This document shows, one piece after another, positions 9,143-17,018 of a stretch of 52,214 nt of DNA. The notes under the pieces were generated by a model. It was not told the origin of the DNA and searched no databases. It was given only the letters and a program-made list of their open reading frames with translations. Source of the stretch: Bacillales bacterium UBA7057 (GTDB lineage Bacteria; Bacillota_I; Bacilli_A; RF39; UBA660); contig DLAC01000001.1 in assembly GCA_002493865.1 (NCBI GenBank), forward strand, positions 1,330 to 53,543. Reading direction: 5' to 3'. A program made the position numbers and the translations under genes. How positions within the stretch are numbered: the first letter of the stretch is position 1; the number at the start of each line of letters is the position of its first letter.

Positions 9143-10630
9143 TTATTCTTTATCTGTATCCGCTGAAAGTGGTCTCATCAGTGGGAACATTACAACATCA
9201 CGGACACTTTCACTTCCAGTTAATAGCTGAACGATACGGTCAATTCCCATCCCCCAACCTGAAATTGGTGGCATTCCATACTCCATCGCACCAATATAGT
9301 CATAATCCATATCCATGGCTTCTTCATCTCCTGCTGCCTTTAAGTTAGCCTGCTCTAAAAGTCGACGTTCCTGTTCTTGAGGATCTACAAGTTCTGAATA
9401 TCCATTGACGATTTCGGCTCCATTAATGACTAATTGGAAGCGATCACTGATTTCAGGACGATCATCATTACTTCTTGCAAGTGGAGAAAGACTGGTTGGA
9501 TGTTCTGTTAAATAAACAGGCCCCAACATATGAGGACGTGCCACTTTCTTATATAAAACATCTACTAAGTTTCCAAATCCAAGATTCTCAAGTGGTGTTT
9601 CACTTTCAACTTCTATCTTCTCTTCTAAGATTTTAGAAAGTAACTTCTCTTTTGTATTATAAACATCAATATCAATATTGGCATATTTGATTAATAATTC
9701 TCTAAAAGTTACTCTTCCCCAATCTCCACTTAAATCAATTTCTTTATCACCAAAGGTAATCTTTAAGGTACCAAAAATATTCATAATAATTGTCTGAAGC
9801 ATATGTTGGATTAACTTCATATTATCTTCGTAATTAAAGTATGCTTGGTATCCCTCTACCATCGTGAAGTCTTGTAAGTGAGAGGCATCCATTCCTTCAT
9901 TTCTAAAACAACGTGCAACTTCATATACCTTAGGAATTCCCGCAACCACTGCTCTTTTTAAATAAGTTTCAGGAGCAATTCTTAAATATACATCTAAATC
10001 CAGTGCATTATGATGAGATTTAAATGGTCTAGCAGTCGCCCCACTTGCCTTATTATTTAAAATTGGTGTTTCTATTTCCATATATCCCAAGTTATCTAAA
10101 TAATTTCTTAACTCTCTAATAAATTTTACACGAACCATAAAACGATTTCTAGTTTCCTGATTCATAATTAAATCCACATATCTTTGACGGTAACATGCCT
10201 CTAAGTCTGTTAATCCATGGAACTTCTCAGGAAGTGGTTTTAGCGCTTTTCCAAGGAATTCAAAGTGATCTGCACGTAATGTTTTTTCTCCCGTATGTGT
10301 CGTAAAAATTTCTCCTACTGCACCAATAAAATCCCCAACATCAATATTGGATTTGAAGAATTCATAGTTTTCTTCTCCTACTAAATCAATTTTAATTGAA
10401 ATCTGAAGATCTCCTTCAATATCTCTAATTTTTAGAAAACTCATCTTCCCCATTTTTCTCATGAAAACAATACGTCCTGCAACCGAAACATCCTTCGTTT
10501 CATCCTCTAATAGACTCGCTTCTTTTAAAGAATGTGTAACCTCAAAACGTTCTGGATATGGATTACAGAATTCACGTATCTTATTTATTTTATCTCTACG
10601 AACTAATTCCTGTTCTGAAAATTCTCTCAT
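9143..10630 (-). CDS. lysS: Lysine--tRNA ligase (class II)
   Basis: N-terminal OB anticodon-binding domain. Class II motifs (FRNEG, GMGIDRIVQLL). 495 aa. Conserved dusB-lysS neighbourhood. Confidence 0.95.
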   Translation of the reverse strand: MREFSEQELVRRDKINKIREFCNPYPERFEVTHSLKEASLLEDETKDVSVAGRIVFMRKMGKMSFLKIRDIEGDLQISIKIDLVGEENYEFFKSNIDVGDFIGAVGEIFTTHTGEKTLRADHFEFLGKALKPLPEKFHGLTDLEACYRQRYVDLIMNQETRNRFMVRVKFIRELRNYLDNLGYMEIETPILNNKASGATARPFKSHHNALDLDVYLRIAPETYLKRAVVAGIPKVYEVARCFRNEGMDASHLQDFTMVEGYQAYFNYEDNMKLIQHMLQTIIMNIFGTLKITFGDKEIDLSGDWGRVTFRELLIKYANIDIDVYNTKEKLLSKILEEKIEVESETPLENLGFGNLVDVLYKKVARPHMLGPVYLTEHPTSLSPLARSNDDRPEISDRFQLVINGAEIVNGYSELVDPQEQERRLLEQANLKAAGDEEAMDMDYDYIGAMEYGMPPISGWGMGIDRIVQLLTGSESVRDVVMFPLMRPLSADTDKE

Positions 10631-10645
10631 ATTTTTCTTCTCCTT

Positions 10646-11605
10646 TTAATCTACCATGATTACTTTTGTTTTTGCGAGACGGTCATGAAGACCCCTTCCA
10701 GTATTAGAGTACATCACCATAAAGATAGAAACAATAATTAATACCGTTTGTATCCCTTGTACTGTAAAACTAGCGTAATAATAATACTCTCTTCCCATAA
10801 ATAAAACCAAAGCGATAATTAACATTTTACTAATAATAGATGGAATAATAAAAGATCTAAGAATATATTGATTCATACTTACTTCTCCATCATCCTCGGA
10901 AACAACCCGAATCCTTAGTAACCTTTTTCCAATCGTCTGCCCCTTATTATAGAATTGAAATACAATAAAATAAAGAATGAGTACTACAATCTCCATAATC
11001 ATAGGTAAAACATTATTATAATCGATATCATAAACGATTTCTGCAGTTTTATTTACATATTCATCAGAATCCATATTTCCCTCTAAGAAAGAAGATTGAA
11101 GTTTTTGATATTCTGTTAAATAAGCTGTATAGTTTTTGTTTTCTGGAACTACGCTAATAAATAGAGTAGAAAGAACGGTAACAATGATAATATCAATTAG
11201 ATATGCTAAAACTCTTGGAAAGAAATAAGCCTTTGGACGACTAGTTACTTTTTCTTCGATTGTTTTTGATTCTAATAAAACTTCCGCTACTTCTGGTTTT
11301 GCTTCCTCTTTTACTTCCGGTTCTAGCTGTTTTCCTTTTTTCTTTTTTACCTGTTTTTCTTCTGTTTCTTTTTTTGCTTTTATTTCTTTCGATGTCACTT
11401 TTTTTGAAGAATTTTTACTCTTTGACTTTGTAGTCTTAGTAGTAGTACTCTTTTTATTTTGAGTCTCTTTCTTTTTCTTTGCAGTAGATGGCTTCTCTTT
11501 TTTAGAAGAAGCCTTTTCTACAAACTCTCCCTCTACTGTTTTTCCTTTTTTTAAACGATTCGTTTCTTTCTTTGAATCTTCTTTATTTGTTGCCATGAAA
11601 TTCAC
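10646..11605 (-). CDS. RDD-family membrane protein with a ~125-aa lysine-rich N-terminal tail
   Basis: The C-terminal half matches the RDD pattern (FPRVLAYLIDIIIV ... GQTIGKRLLRIRVV ... RGLHDRLAKTKVI) with 3 TM helices. The N-terminus is low-complexity K/S/T/E. Confidence 0.65.
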   Translation of the reverse strand: MNFMATNKEDSKKETNRLKKGKTVEGEFVEKASSKKEKPSTAKKKKETQNKKSTTTKTTKSKSKNSSKKVTSKEIKAKKETEEKQVKKKKGKQLEPEVKEEAKPEVAEVLLESKTIEEKVTSRPKAYFFPRVLAYLIDIIIVTVLSTLFISVVPENKNYTAYLTEYQKLQSSFLEGNMDSDEYVNKTAEIVYDIDYNNVLPMIMEIVVLILYFIVFQFYNKGQTIGKRLLRIRVVSEDDGEVSMNQYILRSFIIPSIISKMLIIALVLFMGREYYYYASFTVQGIQTVLIIVSIFMVMYSNTGRGLHDRLAKTKVIMVD

Positions 11606-12583
11606 CTAACTTTCTAACCATTTCTTATATTCGTTCAATGTATCAATTATATCAGAAATATGCGTCTGAAGGAATATTTTATTCTTAATTTCATTCGATT
11701 TTGGAAGCCCTTTTAAATACCATGCAATATGACTTCGAATTTCTAAAACGGCTAGATGTTCATCTTTTAGTTGATAAAGATTATCTAAATGTTTTAAACA
11801 GAAATCAATTTTTTCACTTGGCGTTGGTTCTTCTAGCTTCTTTCCTGTTTCTAAGTAAGTATTAATTTCTTTAATTAACCAAGGGTGACCTAGTACTCCA
11901 CGTCCAATCATAATTGCATCACATCCTGTTTCATCCAGCATTTTTTTGGCAAGTTCTGGAGTTGTAATATCTCCATTTCCAATGACGGGAATAGAAACAG
12001 AATCCTTTACTTTCCTAATGATAGACCAATCTGCTTTTCCAGAGTATCCCTGACTACGAGTTCTTGGATGTACACAAATCGCACTAGCACCTGCTTCTTC
12101 ACATATTTTAGCTACCTCAACTGCATTGATATGTTCATGATCCCAACCACTACGAATTTTAACTGTAACTGGAATAGGAACGGAAGCTACAACACTCGAT
12201 ACAATTTCACGTATTTTTTCTGGATTTTTTAAAAGTGCTGCACCAGCCTGTGATTTGACTGCTACTTTAGGAACGGGGCACCCCATATTGATGTCGATTA
12301 TATCCGGATGCATGTGTTCATAAACGTACTTTGCAGCAACAACAAAAGATTCTTTATCACTTCCAAAAATTTGTTGTGCAATCGGTCTTTCTTCTTCTTC
12401 CATATAAAGCATATCTATGGTTTTCTTACTATTATAAAATAAGGCTTTATCGCTCACCATTTCTGCATAGATTAAACCACAACCCATTTCTTTTACAATC
12501 TTACGAAAACTAGAATTCCCAATTCCAGCCATCGGTGCTAAAACAGTTTGATTTTTGATTTCGACATTTCCGATTTTCCACAT
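11606..12583 (-). CDS. dusB: tRNA-dihydrouridine synthase
   Basis: Dus family blocks [24 protein letters not shown]. 325 aa. Confidence 0.9.
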   Translation of the reverse strand: MWKIGNVEIKNQTVLAPMAGIGNSSFRKIVKEMGCGLIYAEMVSDKALFYNSKKTIDMLYMEEEERPIAQQIFGSDKESFVVAAKYVYEHMHPDIIDINMGCPVPKVAVKSQAGAALLKNPEKIREIVSSVVASVPIPVTVKIRSGWDHEHINAVEVAKICEEAGASAICVHPRTRSQGYSGKADWSIIRKVKDSVSIPVIGNGDITTPELAKKMLDETGCDAIMIGRGVLGHPWLIKEINTYLETGKKLEEPTPSEKIDFCLKHLDNLYQLKDEHLAVLEIRSHIAWYLKGLPKSNEIKNKIFLQTHISDIIDTLNEYKKWLES

Positions 12584-12679
12584 ACTAATCCCTCAAATCA
12601 CTATAGATAATACCATAAATACAAAAAAAAAGAAACAAAATGCACGATAAAACAATTTGTTAATTCTATCAATTTTAAC

Positions 12680-13390
12680 TTATTTTAATACTTTTTGTTT
12701 CAAATATGCAGAAACTTCCCATTCTTTCCCACCTAAAAAAGTATGACCATTCAAAAGTTCATCGCGAAACAAACAATAAAATTTTGGGCCTACTGGTAAA
12801 TCAAGAATTGGATGATTTTGATCAGTCAGAAAGTTCTCTAAAGAAATCGTCGAAATAACTACAGGATTAAATAAACGATGATAAGTTTCTTCTGAAATGA
12901 CTAAATTAGAGGTATAATCCATACAAACATGGTCTTTTTTAATAAAACTATGCACAATTCTAGTAGAATCAAACCCGTCTAAATCACGGCCATCTACATA
13001 AGCAGTTACTAAAGTTCCACCACAATCTGGAAATACTCGCATACATCCAGAATGACATCGAATAAATCTTCTTTTTAAACTTAATAAATCTAAGGAAACT
13101 CTTAAATTTCGAATTCTATTTTTTTTGAGCAAATCATCTGATAAGCGAAAGAATTCTATTGTTTCATCTTTCAAAGAAACTTGAAATGCCTTATGACTAC
13201 ATTTTTTTAATCGAAAACCTTCAATGAAACGACATAACCACATTTCAAAATTATACGATGTAAATGTATAAAGAGCATCCACAAATGGATTTAAAGGTCT
13301 CCCAATTTCCTTTGAAAACAAAAATATGGAGTTATTTCCTTTATGAATTCCATACACATTATAATCAGTATTTACAGCATTCTTTTTCAT
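12680..13390 (-). CDS. Unknown-family protein C2 (236 aa), paralog of 14531-15244
   Basis: Start refined to MKKNAVNTDYNVYGIHKGN after RBS GAGGTGAT; the ORF-track extension to 13477 would overlap the radical SAM gene. Shares YGIH.GN near the N-terminus and VHS.I...DYTSNL.ISE..Y..L..P ... P.G.KFYCLFR.ELLNGHTFLGG.EWEVS at the C-terminus with C1. Confidence 0.7.
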   Translation of the reverse strand: MKKNAVNTDYNVYGIHKGNNSIFLFSKEIGRPLNPFVDALYTFTSYNFEMWLCRFIEGFRLKKCSHKAFQVSLKDETIEFFRLSDDLLKKNRIRNLRVSLDLLSLKRRFIRCHSGCMRVFPDCGGTLVTAYVDGRDLDGFDSTRIVHSFIKKDHVCMDYTSNLVISEETYHRLFNPVVISTISLENFLTDQNHPILDLPVGPKFYCLFRDELLNGHTFLGGKEWEVSAYLKQKVLK

Positions 13391-13418
13391 ATCTCCAATC
13401 ACCTCAAGCGAATCTACT

Positions 13419-14534
13419 TTAATTAATATTAGATGGAATTTTCTCATACTGTAAAAATTTCGAATAAACTCTCGCATGTTCTTGAATGGTTTCTTTCGAA
13501 AGTTGATCTAAAGAATGAGATTTTACAAAGGAAGAATCTTGATATCGGTTAACTTCTACAAATTCCAAAAATGGTTTTATTTCCTTTAATACCCGCATAG
13601 TTGTTTTTACATCTTCCATGGTTTCTGTTGGATATCCTGCAATAATATGTGTATCTAATTTTTTGATAGAATCTTGATTAATAAATCGATAAAAGTCTAA
13701 AAACTCCTCAATTGTATATCCTTTATCCATAAGTCCAAGGATTCGATTATCCCCAGATTCTAGAGAACCACAAATTGTTTTTACTTTACTAGACCTCTTT
13801 AATGAATATTTAAAATCATGATGAATGGCATCCCTAAAAGCAAATCCAACAAGTATTACATTTTTTATATGTTCCTTTTCTTCTATATAGTCAATGAAAG
13901 AAGGTAATAAATATTCTTGATGTGTATCTAAACCAAATTGACTGATATTCATTCCCCTAATATAAACCGTTTCAATCCCCTTTTGATCCATAGTATCCAC
14001 CAATGTTTTTGCGCCAGAAATATCCATACTAACTAATGGAATTTTTTGAAAAGTTGTCTTACAAAAAGCACATTGATTTAAACAACCACTAGAAATATAT
14101 AGATTGGCCATATGATCATCCAAAGCATCTCTAGATACAAAACCGAATTCATAAAATTCATCATCAAACTTTTCTTTCAATAAATCACTCAATAACTCAT
14201 TTATTTTAGTACTTGGAATTATATGATCAATATGAGTATTTAAATAGTTACGAATATTAGTAAATTGACTAGGATCTAAAAAGTCACGAGCTAAACAACC
14301 GGTTAAATAGGTTTTAGCCTCCGGCTTCTTTTTTTCTAAAATAAAATCTATATAACCAATCATCATATAAATTCTGTCCTTGTAGCATGAACAAGTAGAA
14401 GCAAAAATAATGACATCTGCTTCCTCTGGTTGCGTAACAAATTCATACCCCTCAATTCTCTCTAATTCACACATAATTTCAGAGTATTGATAGTTTACAC
14501 CACAACTAAAATTTTTACCCATAAATATTTTCAT
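13419..14534 (-). CDS. Radical SAM enzyme, methylthiotransferase (MiaB/RimO)-like, without a TRAM domain
   Basis: CxxxCxxC radical SAM motif in SSGCLNQCAFCKT. The N-terminal UPF0004-like domain has three spaced Cys (NFSCGVN, ASTCSC, LTGCLA). The protein ends about 40 aa after the radical SAM core, leaving no room for a TRAM domain. The start overlaps the C1 stop (ATGA). Confidence 0.8.
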   Translation of the reverse strand: MKIFMGKNFSCGVNYQYSEIMCELERIEGYEFVTQPEEADVIIFASTCSCYKDRIYMMIGYIDFILEKKKPEAKTYLTGCLARDFLDPSQFTNIRNYLNTHIDHIIPSTKINELLSDLLKEKFDDEFYEFGFVSRDALDDHMANLYISSGCLNQCAFCKTTFQKIPLVSMDISGAKTLVDTMDQKGIETVYIRGMNISQFGLDTHQEYLLPSFIDYIEEKEHIKNVILVGFAFRDAIHHDFKYSLKRSSKVKTICGSLESGDNRILGLMDKGYTIEEFLDFYRFINQDSIKKLDTHIIAGYPTETMEDVKTTMRVLKEIKPFLEFVEVNRYQDSSFVKSHSLDQLSKETIQEHARVYSKFLQYEKIPSNIN

Positions 14535-15244
14535 TGTTTGTAACCCCCTAATGTTTTTTGTTTCACACCATCAGAAACTTCCCACTCTTCTCCACCAAGA
14601 AAGGTATGTCCATTCAAAAGTTCATTTCTAAATAAACAATAAAATTTTAAACCCATTGGAAGAGAAACTATAGGAGACTTTCTATCCGATAAATATTCTT
14701 CATGAGACACTTGATTTAAAACAGTAGGATGTACCAAATCCTCATAATCTTTTTCTGAAATCCCTAAATTACTTGTATAGTCAATGATCTTATTCTTTCT
14801 TCGAATATAACTATGTACTACTCGAACCTTTCCACTGGAGTCATCTACATAGGAAGTTTCTAGAATTCCTCCAAGCGAATTAAAAAAATAGAAACTTCTA
14901 AAATGACACTCTCCCTTTCGTTTGTCATGAGTTAGCAATTCTAACTTGTAAGGGATTAATTTGATGGGGTGATTACCAGTTAGTACATCAGAAAACCTAG
15001 AAAACTCTAGAAATTTTTCTCCAAACCAAAGTCTATATTTATCATGATTTTCTCTTTGTAATTTAAAACCCATTTTGTTATATTTCATATGACGAAAAGG
15101 ATTACAAGAAGTATAGGCACGAATCGCACCCATTCTAGTATCAAATTCTATATCCTTAGGCTCTGCAAAAAACATTTGCACATTTCCCATATGAATTCCA
15201 TAAGAGTTATATTTAATATTTTTATCCCTAATTGTAAAATTCAC
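14531..15244 (-). CDS. Unknown-family protein C1 (237 aa), paralog of 12680-13390
   Basis: Likely GTG start (VNFTIRDKNIKYNSYGIHMGN) after RBS AGGGGTGG; the ORF-track TTG start is at 15283. Long collinear similarity to C2, strongest in the C-terminal 90 aa. Confidence 0.7.
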   Translation of the reverse strand: MNFTIRDKNIKYNSYGIHMGNVQMFFAEPKDIEFDTRMGAIRAYTSCNPFRHMKYNKMGFKLQRENHDKYRLWFGEKFLEFSRFSDVLTGNHPIKLIPYKLELLTHDKRKGECHFRSFYFFNSLGGILETSYVDDSSGKVRVVHSYIRRKNKIIDYTSNLGISEKDYEDLVHPTVLNQVSHEEYLSDRKSPIVSLPMGLKFYCLFRNELLNGHTFLGGEEWEVSDGVKQKTLGGYKQ

Positions 15245-15294
15245 AGTACCACCCCTGATTCTATTTGAAAAAAGAAATACCAAAATGATATTTC

Positions 15295-15744
15295 TTAGCG
15301 TTCATATTTGAAGTTTCTCATATAAACTACTTGATCTGGATCCCTTCCCATATCACGAAGTTGCTTATCAAGTTCTTCTTTTTTCATCGGAACATCTGGT
15401 TCTGGATGATTATAGCTTTCAACAAGCATAGAAATAAACCCGTTCTTTGTATCACGAAATTCTTCATCTGATTGAACGTCTTGCATGCTTGCATTCACAA
15501 CATCTAGAAATTGTTGTACTCTGTTTTGACGCATCGCATAAATTAATAATTGACTGCTATGCTCCATGAAAAATGAAAAAATTGCTACATCCATCATTTG
15601 ATCTGGATTTCTTTTGACAAGACGCTCAAAATAAGCCATCTCTTCATAAGTAATCACTAACTTTCCATAATAATGCCACCAATGTTTTAACAATTTTGTC
15701 TTTTCATCTTCTGAATATTGATCCCATTCTTTGATTTCCATCAT
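15295..15744 (-). CDS. Unknown-family protein A (149 aa)
   Basis: MEIKEWDQYSEDEKTKLLKHWWHYYGKLV. RBS AAAGGGGAAC. Paralog of the interrupted gene at 16499-16924. No recognisable motif. Confidence 0.65.
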   Translation of the reverse strand: MMEIKEWDQYSEDEKTKLLKHWWHYYGKLVITYEEMAYFERLVKRNPDQMMDVAIFSFFMEHSSQLLIYAMRQNRVQQFLDVVNASMQDVQSDEEFRDTKNGFISMLVESYNHPEPDVPMKKEELDKQLRDMGRDPDQVVYMRNFKYER

Positions 15745-15763
15745 TTTCTAGTTCCCCTTTCAA

Positions 15764-16483
15764 CTAAAAGCTTCCTTTTTTCTTTTGAACTTCCGAATTT
15801 TCTTCTAACACTTCTTCCCCATCTTCTAGTGCTGGATCCTCTTTAATAAGGGCCAGTTCCTCTAATACATCCCCTAGCTCATCTTTAAAAAATTGAATAG
15901 CTGCATCCATATCTTGATTAGAGAATCTTTTAACTTCTTCCATTTGAATACAATCTAACACTTCAGAATAATAAGAAAGAATTTTAGATTTTCCTAAAGT
16001 TTCTATTCGTATCTGATTTAAAAACACATGTTCTTTATATTCACGAATATAAGATATTAGTTGATCAAAATTCGTAGTTGCTTGAATTGGGAACATCCCA
16101 TTGATTGCTTTCTCAATTTTTTCTTTGTTAGTATCTTCCACTTGTGGTGATACTAATTCACGAATTACACCCATATCTCCATCCATGAGTCGGTCAATGA
16201 GAGAAACTAATTTTGGTAGTTGATAACTAACATATTCCCATTGATAAATAGGAATTGTTTGGTTGGAAGACGGTATTGATTCATTATATAAAAATCTCTT
16301 TTTTACATCGGTAATTGTTTCTCCCTCTTTTGGCATTACTTCTTTAGGCCCTGCACAAGAAATCTTAGTTGCCTCTATACATCTTTCTGAAACAGTTTCT
16401 CGAATTCTTTGTAATTTTACAAAGTCAATGGTCACATCGTATTTAACTGTTTCATTTCCTTCACTTACGTAATAAATCATCAT
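15764..16483 (-). CDS. Unknown-family acidic protein B (239 aa)
   Basis: RBS AGAGGGGAC. Strongly acidic C-terminal tail (EDPALEDGEEVLEENSE). No recognisable motif. Lies 15 nt downstream of the preceding gene. Confidence 0.6.
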   Translation of the reverse strand: MMIYYVSEGNETVKYDVTIDFVKLQRIRETVSERCIEATKISCAGPKEVMPKEGETITDVKKRFLYNESIPSSNQTIPIYQWEYVSYQLPKLVSLIDRLMDGDMGVIRELVSPQVEDTNKEKIEKAINGMFPIQATTNFDQLISYIREYKEHVFLNQIRIETLGKSKILSYYSEVLDCIQMEEVKRFSNQDMDAAIQFFKDELGDVLEELALIKEDPALEDGEEVLEENSEVQKKKGSF

Positions 16484-16498
16484 AGTCCCCTCTTTCTT

Positions 16499-16924
16499 CT
16501 AAGAAAAATAATGTTTTGTTATTTCTCTCCTAACTTTTATTCCTAGTTCTACGGCGCCTGTTGTAATTTCTTGCTCATCAGTAGTTGCCATAGTAATATT
16601 ACATAATCCAACAAGTGTAGTAATAATTTGTTTTTTTAGAAATTGATGGTCTTCATCATCACTCAAACTAGGTACATCTGCTAGCAACTTATCCAAGGAT
16701 CCATTTCGCATAACTTGAATCATTGTCTCAGCATTATGACCCAACGTTGTTAAGATAACAATAAAATCCAGAATTAAATCAATATCTCTTTCTAATAAAT
16801 GATTAAAATATTCCCTATCTTCTTTCGTAAGAATATCCTGATTTCTGTTAGAATAAGCAAATCAAAAATTTAATAAAATTCTCTTTTCAGAAAAAGAATA
16901 CTGATCCCAAGGCTTAATTTCCAT
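16499..16924 (-). pseudogene. Paralog A' of protein A, interrupted by a single in-frame TGA (codon 21, nt 16864-16862)
   Basis: ATG at 16924 after RBS GAAGGAGAGGG gives MEIKPWDQYSFSEKRILLNF-TGA-FAYSNRNQDILTKEDREYFNHLLERD. This continues in the same frame into track ORF 16499-16744. The total of 426 nt is a multiple of 3. The TGA aligns with W21 of paralog A (LLKHWWHYYG). Confidence 0.7.
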
Positions 16925-16951
16925 AATATCCCTCTCCTTCAAATGCACTAT

Positions 16952-16980
16952 ATATTAGCACAAAAGACATAAAAAGTCAA
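16952..16980 (-). promoter_or_regulatory. Sigma-A-type promoter of the six-gene cassette (TTGACT-17-TAATAT, TG at the extended -10 position)
   Basis: The minus strand reads TTGACTTTTTATGTCTTTTGTGCTAATAT, immediately after the ftsH terminator and about 25 nt upstream of the A' RBS. Confidence 0.55.
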
Positions 16981-16994
16981 TCAATTGTTGCTCG

Positions 16995-17018
16995 AAAAAA
17001 AAGAGGTTAATCCTCTTT
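16995..17018 (-). terminator. Rho-independent terminator of ftsH
   Basis: The minus strand reads AAAGAGGATTAACCTCTTTTTTTT. The hairpin includes the ftsH stop codon. Confidence 0.65.

Noticed and set aside
13391-13477. N-terminal extension of C2 overlapping the 3' end of the radical SAM gene by 59 nt.
   Set aside because: The internal ATG at 13390 has a proper RBS (GAGGTGAT). Starting there makes C2 the same length as C1 and collinear with it. The extension has no counterpart in C1.
16862-16864. The in-frame TGA aligned to Trp raised the possibility that the organism uses genetic code 4 (TGA = Trp, as in Mollicutes).
   Set aside because: TGA clearly acts as a stop elsewhere. clpC ends at the TGA at 4606-4608. 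Several coupled genes use ATGA overlaps in which the TGA terminates the upstream gene (14531-14534, 30862-30865, 38363-38366). All long housekeeping ORFs are complete under code 11 with no internal TGA.
12620-16980. Whether the six-gene cassette is a mobile element or prophage remnant.
   Set aside because: No integrase, transposase or recombinase gene is present. I found no flanking direct or inverted repeats at the ftsH or dusB junctions. Composition and promoter style look native. It is treated as an accessory operon, not a mobile element.
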